A program made the position numbers and the translations under genes. A stretch of 64,000 nt of DNA from Eukaryota sp. GEM-RC1 (taxonomy: Eukaryota), in contig JAUFOQ010000017.1 of assembly GCA_040285855.1 (NCBI GenBank), positions 744,001-808,000 of the forward strand. The letters are read 5' to 3'. The notes below the pieces were generated by a model. The model did no database searches. It saw only the letters and a list, made by a program, of their open reading frames with translations, and was not told where the DNA came from. Below, piece by piece: positions 1-13,697 of the stretch (position 1 is the stretch's first letter; the number at the start of each line of letters is the position of its first letter).

Positions 1-500
1 CTTCTAATTTAAAGTAACACTTACAGTTGACCACCTTTTGAATCCAGTACACTTTTGCTAAAATACTTTTCGTTCTTCACACTAAACCATGTTAACTACT
101 TCCATGCCTTGGTTCCCTTTTTTCCTGTTCTTAAGTGTATATAGGGTGTTTTCTTTTAAAAAATTGTCCAAATCTCCACGCGCAATTCTCCGAGTTACTT
201 TGACAAACGAACGAAGAGTACATGATCAGCTTTACTGTTACCTCTCTGTTGACCTCTAAAGCTTTGTGTACGTGCCATTAATTGTTCCGCAGCTCCATGT
301 ATCTCTAGACTTGTCTACTTATATTCTTGTACATGTATATAAAAATTTGAAGTGATGACGTTTACACTTGCAGACATCCGTAATGTTTTTAGTTACCCCC
401 CAGCGGATTTCTCTTAATGGTTACTGTACAGTCGTAGAGATCACTAAAACGGACATCACGTTTCGGCTCTCCAAAAAGAAAACGGAAACGTGATTCTACA

Positions 501-1205
501 ATGTCTATTTATCGGAGTCTAACTCAACTACACACAGATCATGTCATTGACAATGATCAATTCCAACAAATCCACCGGCAAATTTCGTTATCCGCTCCAC
601 GACAAGATCCTTCAATTTGTAAATATTGGGATTTGCTATTTAAACCGTCGTCTGAATTGAACCAGTGTCTTTATTCCCTCTTCATTCATCAACAGGAGCT
701 TACTTTCTTTCAAGTTCTTGGGTATCTACCGAAAGTTCACAGATTGGAACCTTCTCATCAGCAAGTTGTTAAAGGAGTTATTACACGTCATCTGTCGTCA
801 CCATATTTGACCTTTGCTGAGGTGGCATCTTTAATTGATGTGTTGCCTTATTGCAGAAGGAAACTTATCCATGAATTAATTCAATCTTTTAACGTATCTC
901 CACTTCAAAGTCATTACTTGTATCATCTTCCTGTAACTCAGATTCAGTTCCAGGTGACTAGCAATGAGGTGGTGATTTTGAACTCACAGCTGTGGTCAAG
1001 AAGAGTCTTCTTCAACGTTTGTCATGTCATTGCCTCACTATTATTTAGATTTGATTCGGGAAAAGCTTTTATCATTGCATTTAATGTCGATTGCATAACG
1101 AAGTATGATTGTGCTAATTCAGTTCTCAAAAACTCTAGATTTAATAGATTACGGGGCAACATTAGTTCTCATCTTCTGAATTTTGGGTCAGAAGAAGTAC
1201 AGTAA
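501..1205 (+). CDS. hypothetical protein (234 aa)
   Basis: Uninterrupted ATG-TAA ORF; no family recognised. Confidence 0.55.
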   Translation: MSIYRSLTQLHTDHVIDNDQFQQIHRQISLSAPRQDPSICKYWDLLFKPSSELNQCLYSLFIHQQELTFFQVLGYLPKVHRLEPSHQQVVKGVITRHLSSPYLTFAEVASLIDVLPYCRRKLIHELIQSFNVSPLQSHYLYHLPVTQIQFQVTSNEVVILNSQLWSRRVFFNVCHVIASLLFRFDSGKAFIIAFNVDCITKYDCANSVLKNSRFNRLRGNISSHLLNFGSEEVQ

Positions 1206-1498
1206 TTATTCAACTAGAAGGAGATGTCTTGTTTTGTGTGTTATTACTTCGTTTTTAATAAAACTATTAACTATTGTTTTGATTCAAACTTTGATGGGGT
1301 TCTACACTCTGAATCAGTGATAGTTTTATCTTATAACATATTTGAATTTTTATGATACTCGGAATGACGACTATGAGAAGTCAGGAAAGGATTCACTCTG
1401 CAGAACGGAAGTTGTGGAACTAACAGTATCAATGAAAGGACTCCTTCTGGTCAGAGCAGGAATAATTCTTGTGAACAAATACTAAGTACATCTGTTCA

Positions 1499-2824
1499 AT
1501 GATCGTCAGTTCCCCCATCTCCAAACTACAAGACCTGTTTATAAGTAGTCCCACTACTTATGTGGAGGATTTTGTTACTCTTGTGAAGACTTCTAGGTCC
1601 CTTGCTCTTCCGTATTCTTCTTCACAAAAACTACATCACAAACTTACCACCGGCCAGTTCTTCATTCATTCTTCCCTCTCTGACTGTTATGTCCCTTCAA
1701 CCTACACCCTCAACTCTGAATCATATCCTCTATCTTTTCAATTCGAAGTACCTGAAGGTGCCATTTGTGACTCATCTGACCTCCAACAACGGTCCCTTTA
1801 CCTTGGTTATCATGTTGTACCTTTCGACAACTCTATCACGTCGTCATCTGTTCTGCTTTCGTTCTCTTCTCCTGACTCTTTCTCTATTGGGTCTGTAATA
1901 AACGCTATAGGAATTGTAGAGGAAAATGTGTTTGTTGAGCATCTTGACAACACTTTTACAGTCATTAATGTTGTTTCTCATCAAGACTTTATTGATGCTC
2001 TAATCCATGACGTCACCACTGATGACGTGACACTTTCCGATTTAGAATGTTTGGCAGATTTGCTACATTTTTCGCCAGAGTCATTGGAAAATTCTAACCT
2101 TCTATCGCTACTTTTATTGATTTCTTTGGTCACAGTACCTTCCAAATTTTCTTTAAATTTTAAAAATTTGTCAGAACCTTCTTACTGCAATTTATTAAAT
2201 ATTGTACGATTCTTTTCACCACTAGTTTCTACTATGAATGTTACTACCGATTATTTAAATAATTCCGATATATTTCCATATCTCTCCTCAGAAAGTGAAT
2301 TACTTTCCACTGCATTTTTCCCTATTCCTAATCATTCGGTCCTTGTAATCAAATTTCATGAGCTGGAAACGTCATCACTTACAGCAAAAGGACTGGACAA
2401 TCTTGTATTACTGAAAAGTTTAATTTCTGACGGGTTTTTAAAAATTAAATATCCTTTTGGTGAAACCCAAATAGAGGTCAAATTTTCAGTCATTACTGTG
2501 GTACCTGAAGATTTCGAGTTTTCTAGTCATTTCATCGTAAATGCTAAAAATTTAAATATTTTAGAACATACACAGCCACTTGACTCCGCCAAAACTTCTT
2601 CAATTAAAAATTCCATTTTGTTCGCTCAGGCTTATAGGAATCTCGATATTCCTAATGAAGTAACACATGCAATTGAAAACGATTATGTTACAACGAGATC
2701 AAGTAACCCATTGTTTTCTTCAGATTTATTATCTGGTGTTGTGTATTTGTCTACGGTACTGTCAAAGATTTGTAATAAGAATGAGGTTTCACTTGAGGTT
2801 TGGAAAAGGTTTGGTCTGTACTGA
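1499..2824 (+). CDS. MCMBP: mini-chromosome maintenance complex-binding protein (MCMBP-like)
   Basis: Segments TMNVTTDYLNNSDIFP...LSTAFFPIPNHSVLVI.F.EL..SSL..KGLDNL..L..LI...LKIKYPF and IPNEVTHAIENDYVTTR parallel the MCMBP C-terminal domain; recognised by eye. Confidence 0.7.
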   Translation: MIVSSPISKLQDLFISSPTTYVEDFVTLVKTSRSLALPYSSSQKLHHKLTTGQFFIHSSLSDCYVPSTYTLNSESYPLSFQFEVPEGAICDSSDLQQRSLYLGYHVVPFDNSITSSSVLLSFSSPDSFSIGSVINAIGIVEENVFVEHLDNTFTVINVVSHQDFIDALIHDVTTDDVTLSDLECLADLLHFSPESLENSNLLSLLLLISLVTVPSKFSLNFKNLSEPSYCNLLNIVRFFSPLVSTMNVTTDYLNNSDIFPYLSSESELLSTAFFPIPNHSVLVIKFHELETSSLTAKGLDNLVLLKSLISDGFLKIKYPFGETQIEVKFSVITVVPEDFEFSSHFIVNAKNLNILEHTQPLDSAKTSSIKNSILFAQAYRNLDIPNEVTHAIENDYVTTRSSNPLFSSDLLSGVVYLSTVLSKICNKNEVSLEVWKRFGLY

Positions 2825-3641
2825 ATTTAATTGAATAATTTTCTCTTATTGATGAATATTACAATCTAGTTTTGTTGGTCGAAACGATAATTATTTTGTA
2901 TTATTCGATAAATAGTTGAATATAGTCTACATTTTCGGTTGTGATTGATCTGATCTAAACGATTGTATCAATTGCTATACAAACTTTATCAAAATAAACA
3001 TTTTAAGTTTTCATTTGTTATATTTGCTGATTCAGTTGTTGATAATGCTGGTCCAGCAGGTTATAATTATTTGTGGGAACAGTTTGAAAATACACACCAC
3101 TTCAGTTCATCCCATATCCACTTGTTTTCATGAAAACAGTACAACCTATTCACAACAGAAACTCTTGCAGAGCAGGAGCTGGTTAATCCTGATAAGCCTG
3201 TACTAAACTTCTTTGAAGCTATGGTTGTACACATAACAGTCAATATTGCCCTTTTATGCCATTTAGTGGGAAAACTTATATTGGTTGTGTAGGAAAAGTT
3301 GATCTATTACAGAAATATTCTTATTTACCTAAGTTACAGTTCCGAATTTCCTACGTTATAGAGGCGATTTATGTTTCTGGGGAATATTAACATTTCACTT
3401 ACACCATTTGCTTAAATCAATTGTTATGAATAAACTTGCTTACAACATTGTAAATAGCACTACACCGTACATCCAAACGACTTTCTTTACTGAGAGAATC
3501 AAATGACCAGTCCCTAGCCTCAACCTCATCACGTCATCAACCCAATTGAAACGAGTGCTGACTGCAAAAGGATATCTGCTAAATATTAGTACAGACTTTT
3601 ACACCTTCTGAAATCGGAAACTAGCTCACCCCAGGACAAAA

Positions 3642-4860
3642 ATGACAGACGTTTTGCTCTCGGATCTAACAAGTCAACTTTGGTTTTACTTTAGAACTAC
3701 ATCAATTCCTGATGACATGATAATATGTAGGTTGTGTTGGAGAATAATTCAGTATCGACATCTTGATGAGGCCCAATTTCAGAGCTTTTGTGCATACGTG
3801 GCCAAAGTAAATTGCACCAAGAAGCCGAAGAAACTCAATGCACTGAAAATGATTAAGCATTTGTTTCGAAACAGTTTGAACGACTACAATGACAAATGTA
3901 CCGGCTTCCATTGTTTTGGAAACGGGAGTAGGAAATGGTTAGTGTAGACAGCTATTTTACTGAAGTGAATAAATGTGCCGTGTTTGATGTGTACGGATGA
4001 GCAAATGTTAGGAGTACATTGGTCCCTACTTGTCGATAACAACTAATTAATCACTGTTTGTGAAGTATCGACATATGATTTATCTTGAGTAATATAGAAA
4101 ATTATGGTAAATAAATAGAAGGCTTCTTTCCCACAACTCCATGGCACTGAAACACCGAATTGTTTTTCTAAGCAGCGTAAATAATAGTAATGTATGCGTA
4201 AATGTAAAATTGGCTAAAGAAATTTGGGATGATCTCCATGTGACAGAAGATGGTCGATGCTATTACGTTTATGTTGGGAGACCAGCCAACGAATTTGATT
4301 GCGGAATTTCTACATTTCAAATTTCCACAACTGGAGATCCATGTATATTCACTACACATCTAACAAAAGCAAAAGGTAAACGTACTGCAAAAATTCAATC
4401 ACAGAAGAACAAAAACTTTTACGAATGTCTTGGACAGCAGCCGTCACATCAGTCAAGCAAAATTTCAAAATTCTGATTTACTTTGATATAAGTTGAATGG
4501 AAAGACACAGAAGGAAGTGTCGAAAATAAATGATGAATATAAAGTATATGAATCTGGTTTGGACACTGTTGGAAGCTCAGACAAGTGCTCGTTACTGCTT
4601 CGTGTTCTTGAATGTGCAGTCATTTACTTAGGTCAATTTTTCGATCCACAGTGTAGCATGGTTCTAAATTGCACTAAGGGGGGACATTTGCCAGGCACAG
4701 AGTAATTGTTGGCAACAAAGACTGACAAATTTTCGGTTCGTTCCAAGTTTTCTGGGTTTTGTTTCTTGGAAGAGTGCCTTTGCTACTGCACAAAGACTGG
4801 CAAACTTGTCAAGATTATGTGTTTCTTCAATGTTATCAACCAAAGGTTGAGCTAGCCTGC
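3642..4860 (+). pseudogene. possible degenerate hAT-type transposase fragments
   Basis: BED-finger-like LWFYF...CRLC...Y...MIKHL followed by broken same-strand ORFs (FFDP motif). Confidence 0.3.
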
Positions 4861-5617
4861 AAAAAGTAACAGGTAGATCCGTCATTGAGGTATCACGGAA
4901 GGATGATAGTTGGTCAGAAAAGTTCGATGTTATCATTTGAAGACAGAAACTGATTAGCAGGCAAACAACTTCAAGTTCCCTTTCATAAGGTTCATCAGTA
5001 TCCCTTATATTCATATCACCTCATCAACCCTGATATACATCAAACTCTTCCCAGTTGTTTACCAATGTCTCCTGAATCCAAATTATATATTGTTCTGGCT
5101 AACATGGACTTTATCCAATTGAAGAACCTGTACATAATCTCTTACCTTGACTTTTCATACACTACATTGACACATCTTCTTCCTCGTTCCTTAAACGAAG
5201 ATTATGATACCCTTGACGAATCGTAGATGGCATTTCTGCTCCCGATGAGTCAATTGATGACGGTTTCAGTACCACTCATATCAATAGCTACTAGATCACT
5301 TATATGCACTTTGGACGTGCGACGTGTATTGATTGTCCTTTAGGGGATCTTCCCTTTGCCTAGTTAGACTCTGTTTTAAAGGATAGTTCAGGTCAATAAT
5401 TATGAGTTTGTGCTTCAATACAACACCTATATCTATAGTAAGAATATCCCAAGTCAAATCCATTCGATTTACAATCGCGCAAATGATCGCTTATCAGGTG
5501 TTTTAAATAGAATAACGTTTTTAACGTTAATCGCGTTTGGTATGCTTTTCTTGTTTTTAGTTCGACAATGTCTGTTAACCTCTTTTTTAAGACCGCGTTA
5601 GAAGCTTACCGGTAACC

Positions 5618-5688
5618 GCGTGAATAGTACAATGGTAGTATGCCTGCCTTCCAAGCAGATGACCCGGGTTCGATTCCCGGTTCACGCA
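5618..5688 (+). tRNA. tRNA-Gly(TCC)
   Basis: GCGTGAA/TTCACGC acceptor stem, anticodon loop CT-TCC-AA, T-arm CCGGG-TTCGATT-CCCGG, downstream T-run. Confidence 0.95.
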
Positions 5689-5868
5689 ATTTTTATTTTT
5701 CCTAGGATTCATTTTGTTGTTTTGTAACGGAACAGAGCAATGCTTGTAAATGTAACTGATCGTTTTCTACATCATATGTAAATGGGTCTCAACTCATGTA
5801 GCCTTAAGTTATGATCCCTACTAATGATTCTTCAAATCATGTTGTTATCAAAGCAATGGAGAAGAAGC

Positions 5869-6791
5869 CAGGGATCGAAAAAATATATTGCAATATATTT
5901 CTAGCATAAAAAATGTACAATAAATATATTGGAAAATGTGATCATTGCAATAAATATATTGGAAACTGAGATGATTGCAATAAATAATTGCAATATATTG
6001 CAATATTTTGGGTAAAAATTTGGTTCGTGAAAATGTAAGAAATTGAGACGTCCTGCTGACTGAAAATCAACCACTACTAGAACGTCAGCGCTTTTAGTCG
6101 GTTACCCTTTCAGATACATGCATAAGAACATTAATTATACTTCTTAACGTACTGTAAATCTTGACACCGCTTCTGATCATAATGGACGCTCACACTTCAC
6201 AACCCATCTTTCTACTTTGCTCTTCTGTTGGTATCAATACTTATTTACTTCAATGGTTCCTATGATGTGATGTACACACGTGTTTGAACTTTTTAGCGAT
6301 TCGTCACGTACGTATACCACGTTTATTACAGTCCCACCTACTACATGATAAGACTTCCCGCTTCCTGGTACAGACTCTGGGCAGGGATCGAAAAAAATAA
6401 ATTGTGTTGCTGGGTGCCACTATGATTGGAACGTGTCTTTATTGATACGTAAACAAACACATGTACCAGTTTCCACAAATCTCATTGCTTGAAGTATGTG
6501 CTGAGTGATGACAATAGAGATATAGAAACCAACTGTAGGTCCCCTTTTAACTTTTTTTGGACTTGGAGTGGATATACAGTGAAAGAAAGTGTTCTTATGA
6601 ACAAGACTTGTTAGCGTTACTCTGCAGAAATTTCGTTGTGACATATTGCAATATATTGGAAATATATTGCAATATATTGCAATAAACCCTGTGTTGCAAT
6701 AAATATATTGCGCATCAAAAGACGTGCAATATTAATTGCAATATTATTTATTTCAATATATTGCAATACAATTTATTTTTTTCGATCCCTG
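5869..6791. mobile_element. non-autonomous hAT element (MITE)
   Basis: TIRs CAGGGATCGAAAAAAATA; perfect 8-bp TSD GAAGAAGC at 5861-5868 and 6792-6799; subterminal ATTGCAATA repeats. Confidence 0.9.
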
Positions 6792-6898
6792 GAAGAAGCT
6801 ACGTTTGTTCTTGATGTTACAAACAGAGTCAGGATAAAAGTTGAAGGACGCTGCTTAACATTTATTGATTTTCAAATTAAAAAAGTAGGAAAAAACAT

Positions 6899-8644
6899 TT
6901 ACTTAGTAAAATTAGAAATGCTTAAAGAATTAAGAACACTAGAAAAACTCGAAGTTTGATCATCAGACAGCACAGAGCCACTGAAGTCAACAGAAGTCAA
7001 ACTTGTGCTGTTACGGATAAAACTAAGTAAACAAGTATATGCTTCATCAGAAAATGTACATCCTTTTAGGGAAAACTCTTTGACACTAGAACTAAGGTAA
7101 TGTAGTGAAACAAGATCTTCATCAGTAATACCAGTAGATATTACAGGCGAAAACCGAAAAACACCAGTCTCGATATCAATAAAATGGGGAGAAACAGTAA
7201 ACGTCATTTTCAATTTGTTAGCCGACAAAGCTTTAAATAACAAGATCAAGCAACTTACATTCAAGCCAGGAAATCTCACTTGTTTTAATACTGAGTTCTT
7301 TTCAAGTCCTTTAAGGACGAATTCGAGATCAATAGAGCTAATCAATGCACCATCTAGAGTAAGTACAAGTAGGGTGGTATTCTGTTGAAGCATTTTCTTC
7401 AATGCCTCAACTTCTCTGTAAGTAAATTCGTAGAAACTAGAACCAGGGGAATTATCAATTATTAACTCTAATAATGAATCATTTGAGACAAGAGATTCAA
7501 AAATTGATACATACGAACCTGAACATCGCAGTATTTCCAATTTTTTCAAGGATTTGTTAACTTTTAAAACTTCAGAAATAGCTGTAGCATCGAACTGGAC
7601 CATATTAAAAGTAACTTCCCGTATAGAAGAATTAACTTTAAGAGCACCCAAAACTGTCGAATCCAGACACATTCGTTCTGGAAAAACAAACTTCTTAAGT
7701 GTACAACTGGCCAAGAGTGGAAGCAGAAGTTGACGTGACAGAGTTGGTCCTTGGTTATATAAATGTGACAAATCTAGAGCCTGAATGCCGCTATTTTGGC
7801 AAAGTGCACCAAACATGCTACCAAAATCCTCATCTTCAAGCATATCGTCTTCATCAGAGTCAGAATCTGTATCTGAGTCTGATAGAACTGAAACCAGTAG
7901 GATAATCGTACTTTCTTAAAATTCTTGTTAGTTAGAAATACTTTCGAAAGACAATTATCATGAGATAAGGGGCCAAGTTCAGTGTTGAAAGAATGGTAAA
8001 TTCTTGATTCAAATGTTAACTCGAGCTCCTTTATAGTACAGTTTTCAATGAGAAATTGACAAACAGAAACTTTTGCGGCAATGTCATCGATAAGAACACC
8101 TAGTCGTTTAAGCTTTGGTAAAGCGAAAGTAGCAGATTTGTTCAGAATCAAGGATAGATCTCTTACATTTACATACATCCCTGAAATTACCTCACTATGC
8201 AATGAGAAATACTTAACAAAGTCATCAGTCGGAACAGTGTCCGCTGATACATACAAGAAAAATTGAATTTGGACGTGCTTTAAAGAGAGAAGTGACGCCA
8301 GAAAGCAGTGGAAGATCTTCAGAACAAACAGATAACGTGTTGGATTGGAAAAACAGTTTAAGTCCGGATACAGCGGATTCGTAGAAATGTTGGCTAACAT
8401 GACCAATCTTTTGGAAATAAGTGAAGAGTTCTCCTGCCAAACAGCTGATAGAAAAGTAAGTGGCGTCGTAATCCACTTCAATGGAAGCCTTTAGAAGACG
8501 TTTGAGCAAGTAAGAATTGATTAGAACTAGTAAAGACTGCTGGCAATGTATGGACTTGATCGAAGGAGTGCTACAAATACGGTAAGAGTCAGGAAGACAT
8601 TCTGAGTTAGATAGGCTATGAGACATAACGCTGGTTATTTGCAT
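6899..8644 (-). CDS. leucine-rich repeat protein (RI-like LRRs), frameshifted
   Basis: Three overlapping minus ORFs (8644-8225, 8481-7774, 7843-6899) with L..N.tL..L.L repeats (LKVNSSIREV, LKVNKSLKKL, LQQNTTLLVL). Confidence 0.7.
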
Positions 8645-8708
8645 AGAAGAACTGCTAGCTAATCAAAATGATATTGCTATTACGTACCATTTCTGAAAAT
8701 GTATTGAC

Positions 8709-9168
8709 CATACTTGGGCATGGCATGCTTTTGAGAATTGCCATGCTAACATTTGTCACGACAGTATTAACTCATGACAGTTTATGTTAGCTCATCCATA
8801 TCTGTTTCTCAACACCAAATACATTGTACAAGTATTTATATCCTAAAAACTCATTGAAAACTAGGAGAATAATCAATTGCAGTTAATAAGTACCTCACAT
8901 TAATAGAATATTTCAACTTCTTCTTCACAATCGTTTCTGCTTTTAAGCCATCAGTGTCCTCATTCAGAGTCAGCAATCTTAGTTATGAAGCGAAAGGTCT
9001 GACGGGGGCTCAGATGACAATTCATTCACTGTTCCAGTCTGGCACAGTCACAAAATGGTCGCTGTTCTTGTCAGAAGAGGGGAAAGTGTATTTAGAACAA
9101 ATGTTGAAATGTCATGACAACACTTTAAAGTTTAAACCTTGTTTGTCATGACGGCATGCCCAAGTATG
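8709..9168. mobile_element. hAT-type MITE
   Basis: 14-bp TIR CATACTTGGGCATG/CATGCCCAAGTATG; 8-bp flanks GTATTGAC and GTTTTGAC (7/8 identical). Confidence 0.8.
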
Positions 9169-12100
9169 GTTTTGACTGTATAAAACAAAAATATCCGGAT
9201 CGCAGATCGTGATCATTTGGAAAGCACTGAAGGCTAAAAACCAAAATGGATGATATTTTTCTGCATATTTTTCAATTATGTACATTAGTATGACATCAGA
9301 AACTGACAGAAGTCTTCCAACCCAAGCAATGTTGCATTCTTTAAGTTAACTACAGCAAGAGGTAGAGATTCAATTCAAAAAAACGGATCGTGAATAGAGG
9401 AAACACTTTTCGGGAAGCTTTTGTTCCAAACTTCAAAAGGCAAACCTTGAACTAACTCCTCCAAAGAGTTTAATAAAACACAAGAACCGTCTACGACTGA
9501 ATCAAAAGTATTTTCCAACCGAAGAAACAAGATCAACTTTAATCAACTATTTCAAGTACATGATCACTTTGAAATAAGAAAGCACATGGATAATAATTCA
9601 TACCAAAATAGACACACACCATCAAGAGTGAGCACATTGGTAAGGCTTTTCTTTTGTTATGTTTGACCAGCCCAGTTGTGGACGCGGATGTCTAGGAATA
9701 ATCTTCATTATTCAGCATACGTTCTTACAGTCACCAAAATACACTGGTAGGTGGTTGTGTGCTTGGCTGTTATGCGTTTATGCAACTAATCATCTTTTGG
9801 ATGAAACCACTTTGCTACCATTTCGTGTCTTTGGTTGTATTGGTGTAGGATTATTGACGGTAAATTTTGAATTTTGTGATGTGATCACAAAGTCTTGGAC
9901 TACATGTTGATCTTTGATTTCTTGAAAATCTCGAAGTTTCACTTTTGGACATTTATAAAAGTAGACAAGTTTGATCTTTTAGTTGTTACACCGTGGGACA
10001 ATCAATTTTTAATGGATACTCTTTCTTGGACCGATTACCAGATATGTCAGTACTTTTAGAATTGCTCTTCAGTAGGTCCTCTTATACAGGGGTGACGTAT
10101 ACCAAAAAATACTTGAGCATTACACAATGATGTCAGGCAGAATATAGATTTTGATACAGATGTATATGGTTTAATACAGACTCGATGTATTGGATTGTTT
10201 GTGACTACACATACAATGACAGTGTGATGTCATATGTTGAAGCTGATACAACAGTGGAATATGGATTAATTTTGGTATGGATTAACAAAACCTTCACTGT
10301 GACTCACCAACTTTATCAGCGACCATTTAGGTATATAGATTCACATTATTGGGGTAAACGTATTCGTAATGATTCCAATGATCAAGATGTTGGGTGGGGG
10401 AAGTTATGGAGGGCGCGCAGTTATGGAGAGAGAAATTGTAGAGGTCTCACTCAAGGTAAAAAGTAATAACATTTAAAAACGGTAATGTAATATTGGGAGA
10501 ATTAAATATTTTCCCAGATATTAAACACAAATGATTGATTTGGCTAGTTAAAATACGGCAACTATTTATAGTTGATCTCGAGCACATTAAAATTATTACT
10601 ATTTTTTGGTACTAAGCTAAATTGATTGTTCAACCATTAATGTTATTACTCATTCGTCATACTAGTAATTATTAATGCTGAAGGACCAGCACTAACACCC
10701 ATGCAAAATTCTTTGGATTATAAATAATGACTCAGGGAATTGTTGCAGTTTGTTATCTTCCCCAGTCACATTGTTACTTATATAGATCGACATCATTTTA
10801 AACCGTTCATTGATCATCATTTACAAACCTACCATTGTCAAATACATAAAGAAACTATGGGAAGATATATAAGTGGATGTACCGTTATTGTGTCTGAAAG
10901 ACTACACAAAAAGAAGTACAACAATTTACATCTTATCGTCCATGACTATTCAAAGAGAATGTACAACCTGACGATGTTTAGTGGATGAGAATCAATGGAG
11001 GGTCTGACTGAGTACATTTAACCTCTCGATACAACAATAACAAGATACGGTGATCATTGACATACACATAATAGGAAAAACACAAGGCTGTTATATTGGT
11101 ACCCAATTTATAAGAACTACTCATATTTTTGATGTACCAGTGTGTAAGTGAAAACACGAATTTTGTTTGACTGATATTTCTAAAATAATGTTTAATTTCA
11201 GCAAGAAAATATTTGAATTTGATTAACACCTCCGTTTTTCCTGATGGTCCAACAAAGAAGCTAAACGAGTACAAAATCACAGTAATGTGAATGTACTGGA
11301 TTTCAGAGGACAGCGTTCTCTGCCTACAACATGTGAAGTTGACATGATATTGCTAAACTGTAAAATACATCCAAATCTGGTAGTATTGTGAGTGATGTTG
11401 TAGAATAATCGGCTTAAGAGTGATGTATCTATAGATAGGTTGAAACAAAACATTTTTCAAAAGGTCTTCACTCACAATATGTGTTAGTTTGAAGATATCT
11501 ATGTTGGGATATTTGTGAAAATTGAGATATATTAAAGAGAGGGGGGAATTGAAGCAGTGTCTCTTTGTGATGATATTCTAGTTCCTTCCTTTTTATATAA
11601 CATCACAATCTTCACTAACATCTACTGTAAACACAGAATAGCTAGCTGAAGAAAACGTCTGAGCTACTTTAACTCTGTTATTGATGTTTCACATATCGAT
11701 CAAAGTGCTAGTGCTTTTAGTTTAATTGAGTTGAACATCACATTAACACTTGAAAGTTACAAGTTGTAACTATGATATTAACTTTTAAAACATCAGCCAA
11801 AACTCTAGCTATTGATTCAGACTCAATATGAATATTCTTCATTGCTCCGATTCAGACTAATTTTCCCTGTCATTAATTAGTCTGAATCACTAATTACTCT
11901 GAATCAGGCTAATTATTGTTTGGTACTGATTCGATGGACATTCATAATTAGTCTGATTCACACTAATTGTTGTGAAGAGTGTACTATTTCTTTACAAATA
12001 CAAATGTACAACTATAATTCATTCAACAACTCTTCCGAAGTCATAGAGAAGACAAATTCCATAATATGCACTAGTCATGATTGGTATTGATCTAAGCTGC

Positions 12101-12437
12101 TGTCGAGGAAGAATCGTATTGGATTCTTAAAATTGTTCTGGCGAGGGGAGCAACTTCTCTTATAGATTCTCCAAATGCAGACAAATACAAAAATGAAATG
12201 AAATGACTTCCTTGTTATTCAGTTCTTCTTTGATTGATGAAACTCGGACATCCGCTGTTCTTGTACCTGTAGAAGAGAAGTTGATTTCTATTCTTAAAAA
12301 TAGTCCCATCAAAGTGATTCCGACAATGACTTGAAATATTCGACGTCGTAAAAGTTACACGCATCGTAAGTGTCATCCTTTATAGTGCCATCGATATAGG
12401 TATATTGTATGGAATAGAACATAAGAATAAAAAGCAA

Positions 12438-12510
12438 CTCACCCGATGAGAATCGAACTCACAACCTTTCGATTAACAGTCGAGCGCACTACCGATTGTG
12501 CTACAGGTGA
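12438..12510 (-). tRNA. tRNA-Asn(GTT)
   Basis: Reverse complement TCACCTG-TAGCACAATCGGTAGTGCG-CTCGA-CTGTTAA-TCGAA-AGGTT-GTGAG-TTCGATT-CTCAT-CGGGTGA-G folds as a cloverleaf. Confidence 0.93.
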
Positions 12511-12908
12511 TACCAGTATATGTCTTCGATGTTCCGATGTTACAATTGTCTTGGGTCCGTCTTGTTCTGTACCGTATTTCAATTTTCCAGACTGCTGGAA
12601 ATCTTGTTCTTGTATTTCTACTAATGTCCGTGCATATCAAATAAAAATGATAATTCTTTTCAGGAAGTTGAATAACTTCTTTCAAAATGTTTTGAAAGTG
12701 TAGATTTCAAATCTAAACACATGTACACAGTTGTTACTGAAAAAACTGTATTATATCAATGTTTTTCTAAAACTGATCTAGAATCTTAAACAACACACAG
12801 ACTACAACAATAATTAGATCGATAAACATCTCCAAAAAGCCTAAAAAACTATGAATCAAAGACAATTAACAAGAAAGACAATTAAACAAGAAAAGCGGCT
12901 AAATCAAA

Positions 12909-13697
12909 CTACTCAATATCATAATCCTTGTCTTTCACATCCATGTCATCAAAATACTGTGTCACTAAATCCACTTGCAACAACAAGTCCGAAAGTGATT
13001 CATCTTCATTATAATTCAGTGGAGTAAATGCAACAACATCATTCTCTTCCAGTAACTCAGCAATTCTCAAGTTCAAAGTTTTAAATTTTCCAGCAACCTG
13101 GGTGTCAAGGCGTCTAAAAAGGTTGACATTCCCAGGACTTATATCATTAAGCAGCTCCTTGTTCCCAACTAAGTCGCACTTAGTTAAGACGTTGACATGA
13201 GGGAGAGAGAACTGGTACATCGTTGACAAACACGCGAGGAAACCAGATATGAATCTAGCGGGATCTATCACAGTTATGGCTTCTAGACAATAGACTCCTA
13301 CTAGTGTGTATCTCCAGTTCTGGAAGGTCTGAGTGAGGTTCCTCATCATGGGCACGTTGGTGTACAATTCAACCTGTCCTGGACAATCAATTAAGAGGTA
13401 GTCATCGTCAAAGTCGCCAAGCTGTTCTTCTAGCCAGTCAAGATTGTTCAGAAGATATTCCATACAAAAAACGAGACCGCCATTAGGTCCATAGTCTAGT
13501 TCTTCCATGCAGTCTTCTAGGGAAATGAGCTGTCGTATATCAAAAGTGGGCGAATAGGGAAGATATTCTGCAGCAGGGTCTAAGTTGACAATGTGTAAAG
13601 AACGGCCAGTTGTACGGAAGTGCTCAGCCATTTGATGACAATATGTGCTCTTACCACTACCAGCTGGTCCAACAACAAATTGGGCTATTTTTCCCAT
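12909..13697 (-). CDS. GPN3: GPN-loop GTPase 3
   Basis: MGKIAQFVVGPAGSGKSTYC P-loop, VNLDPAAE, GPNGGL, DCPGQVELY, VLTKCDL; likely ATG at 13697. Confidence 0.9.
   Translation of the reverse strand: MGKIAQFVVGPAGSGKSTYCHQMAEHFRTTGRSLHIVNLDPAAEYLPYSPTFDIRQLISLEDCMEELDYGPNGGLVFCMEYLLNNLDWLEEQLGDFDDDYLLIDCPGQVELYTNVPMMRNLTQTFQNWRYTLVGVYCLEAITVIDPARFISGFLACLSTMYQFSLPHVNVLTKCDLVGNKELLNDISPGNVNLFRRLDTQVAGKFKTLNLRIAELLEENDVVAFTPLNYNEDESLSDLLLQVDLVTQYFDDMDVKDKDYDIE

Noticed and set aside
9200..12400. Short ORFs and TAATTAGTCTGA-type motif repeats near 11850-11970
   Set aside because: No recognisable domain, TIR pair or TSD
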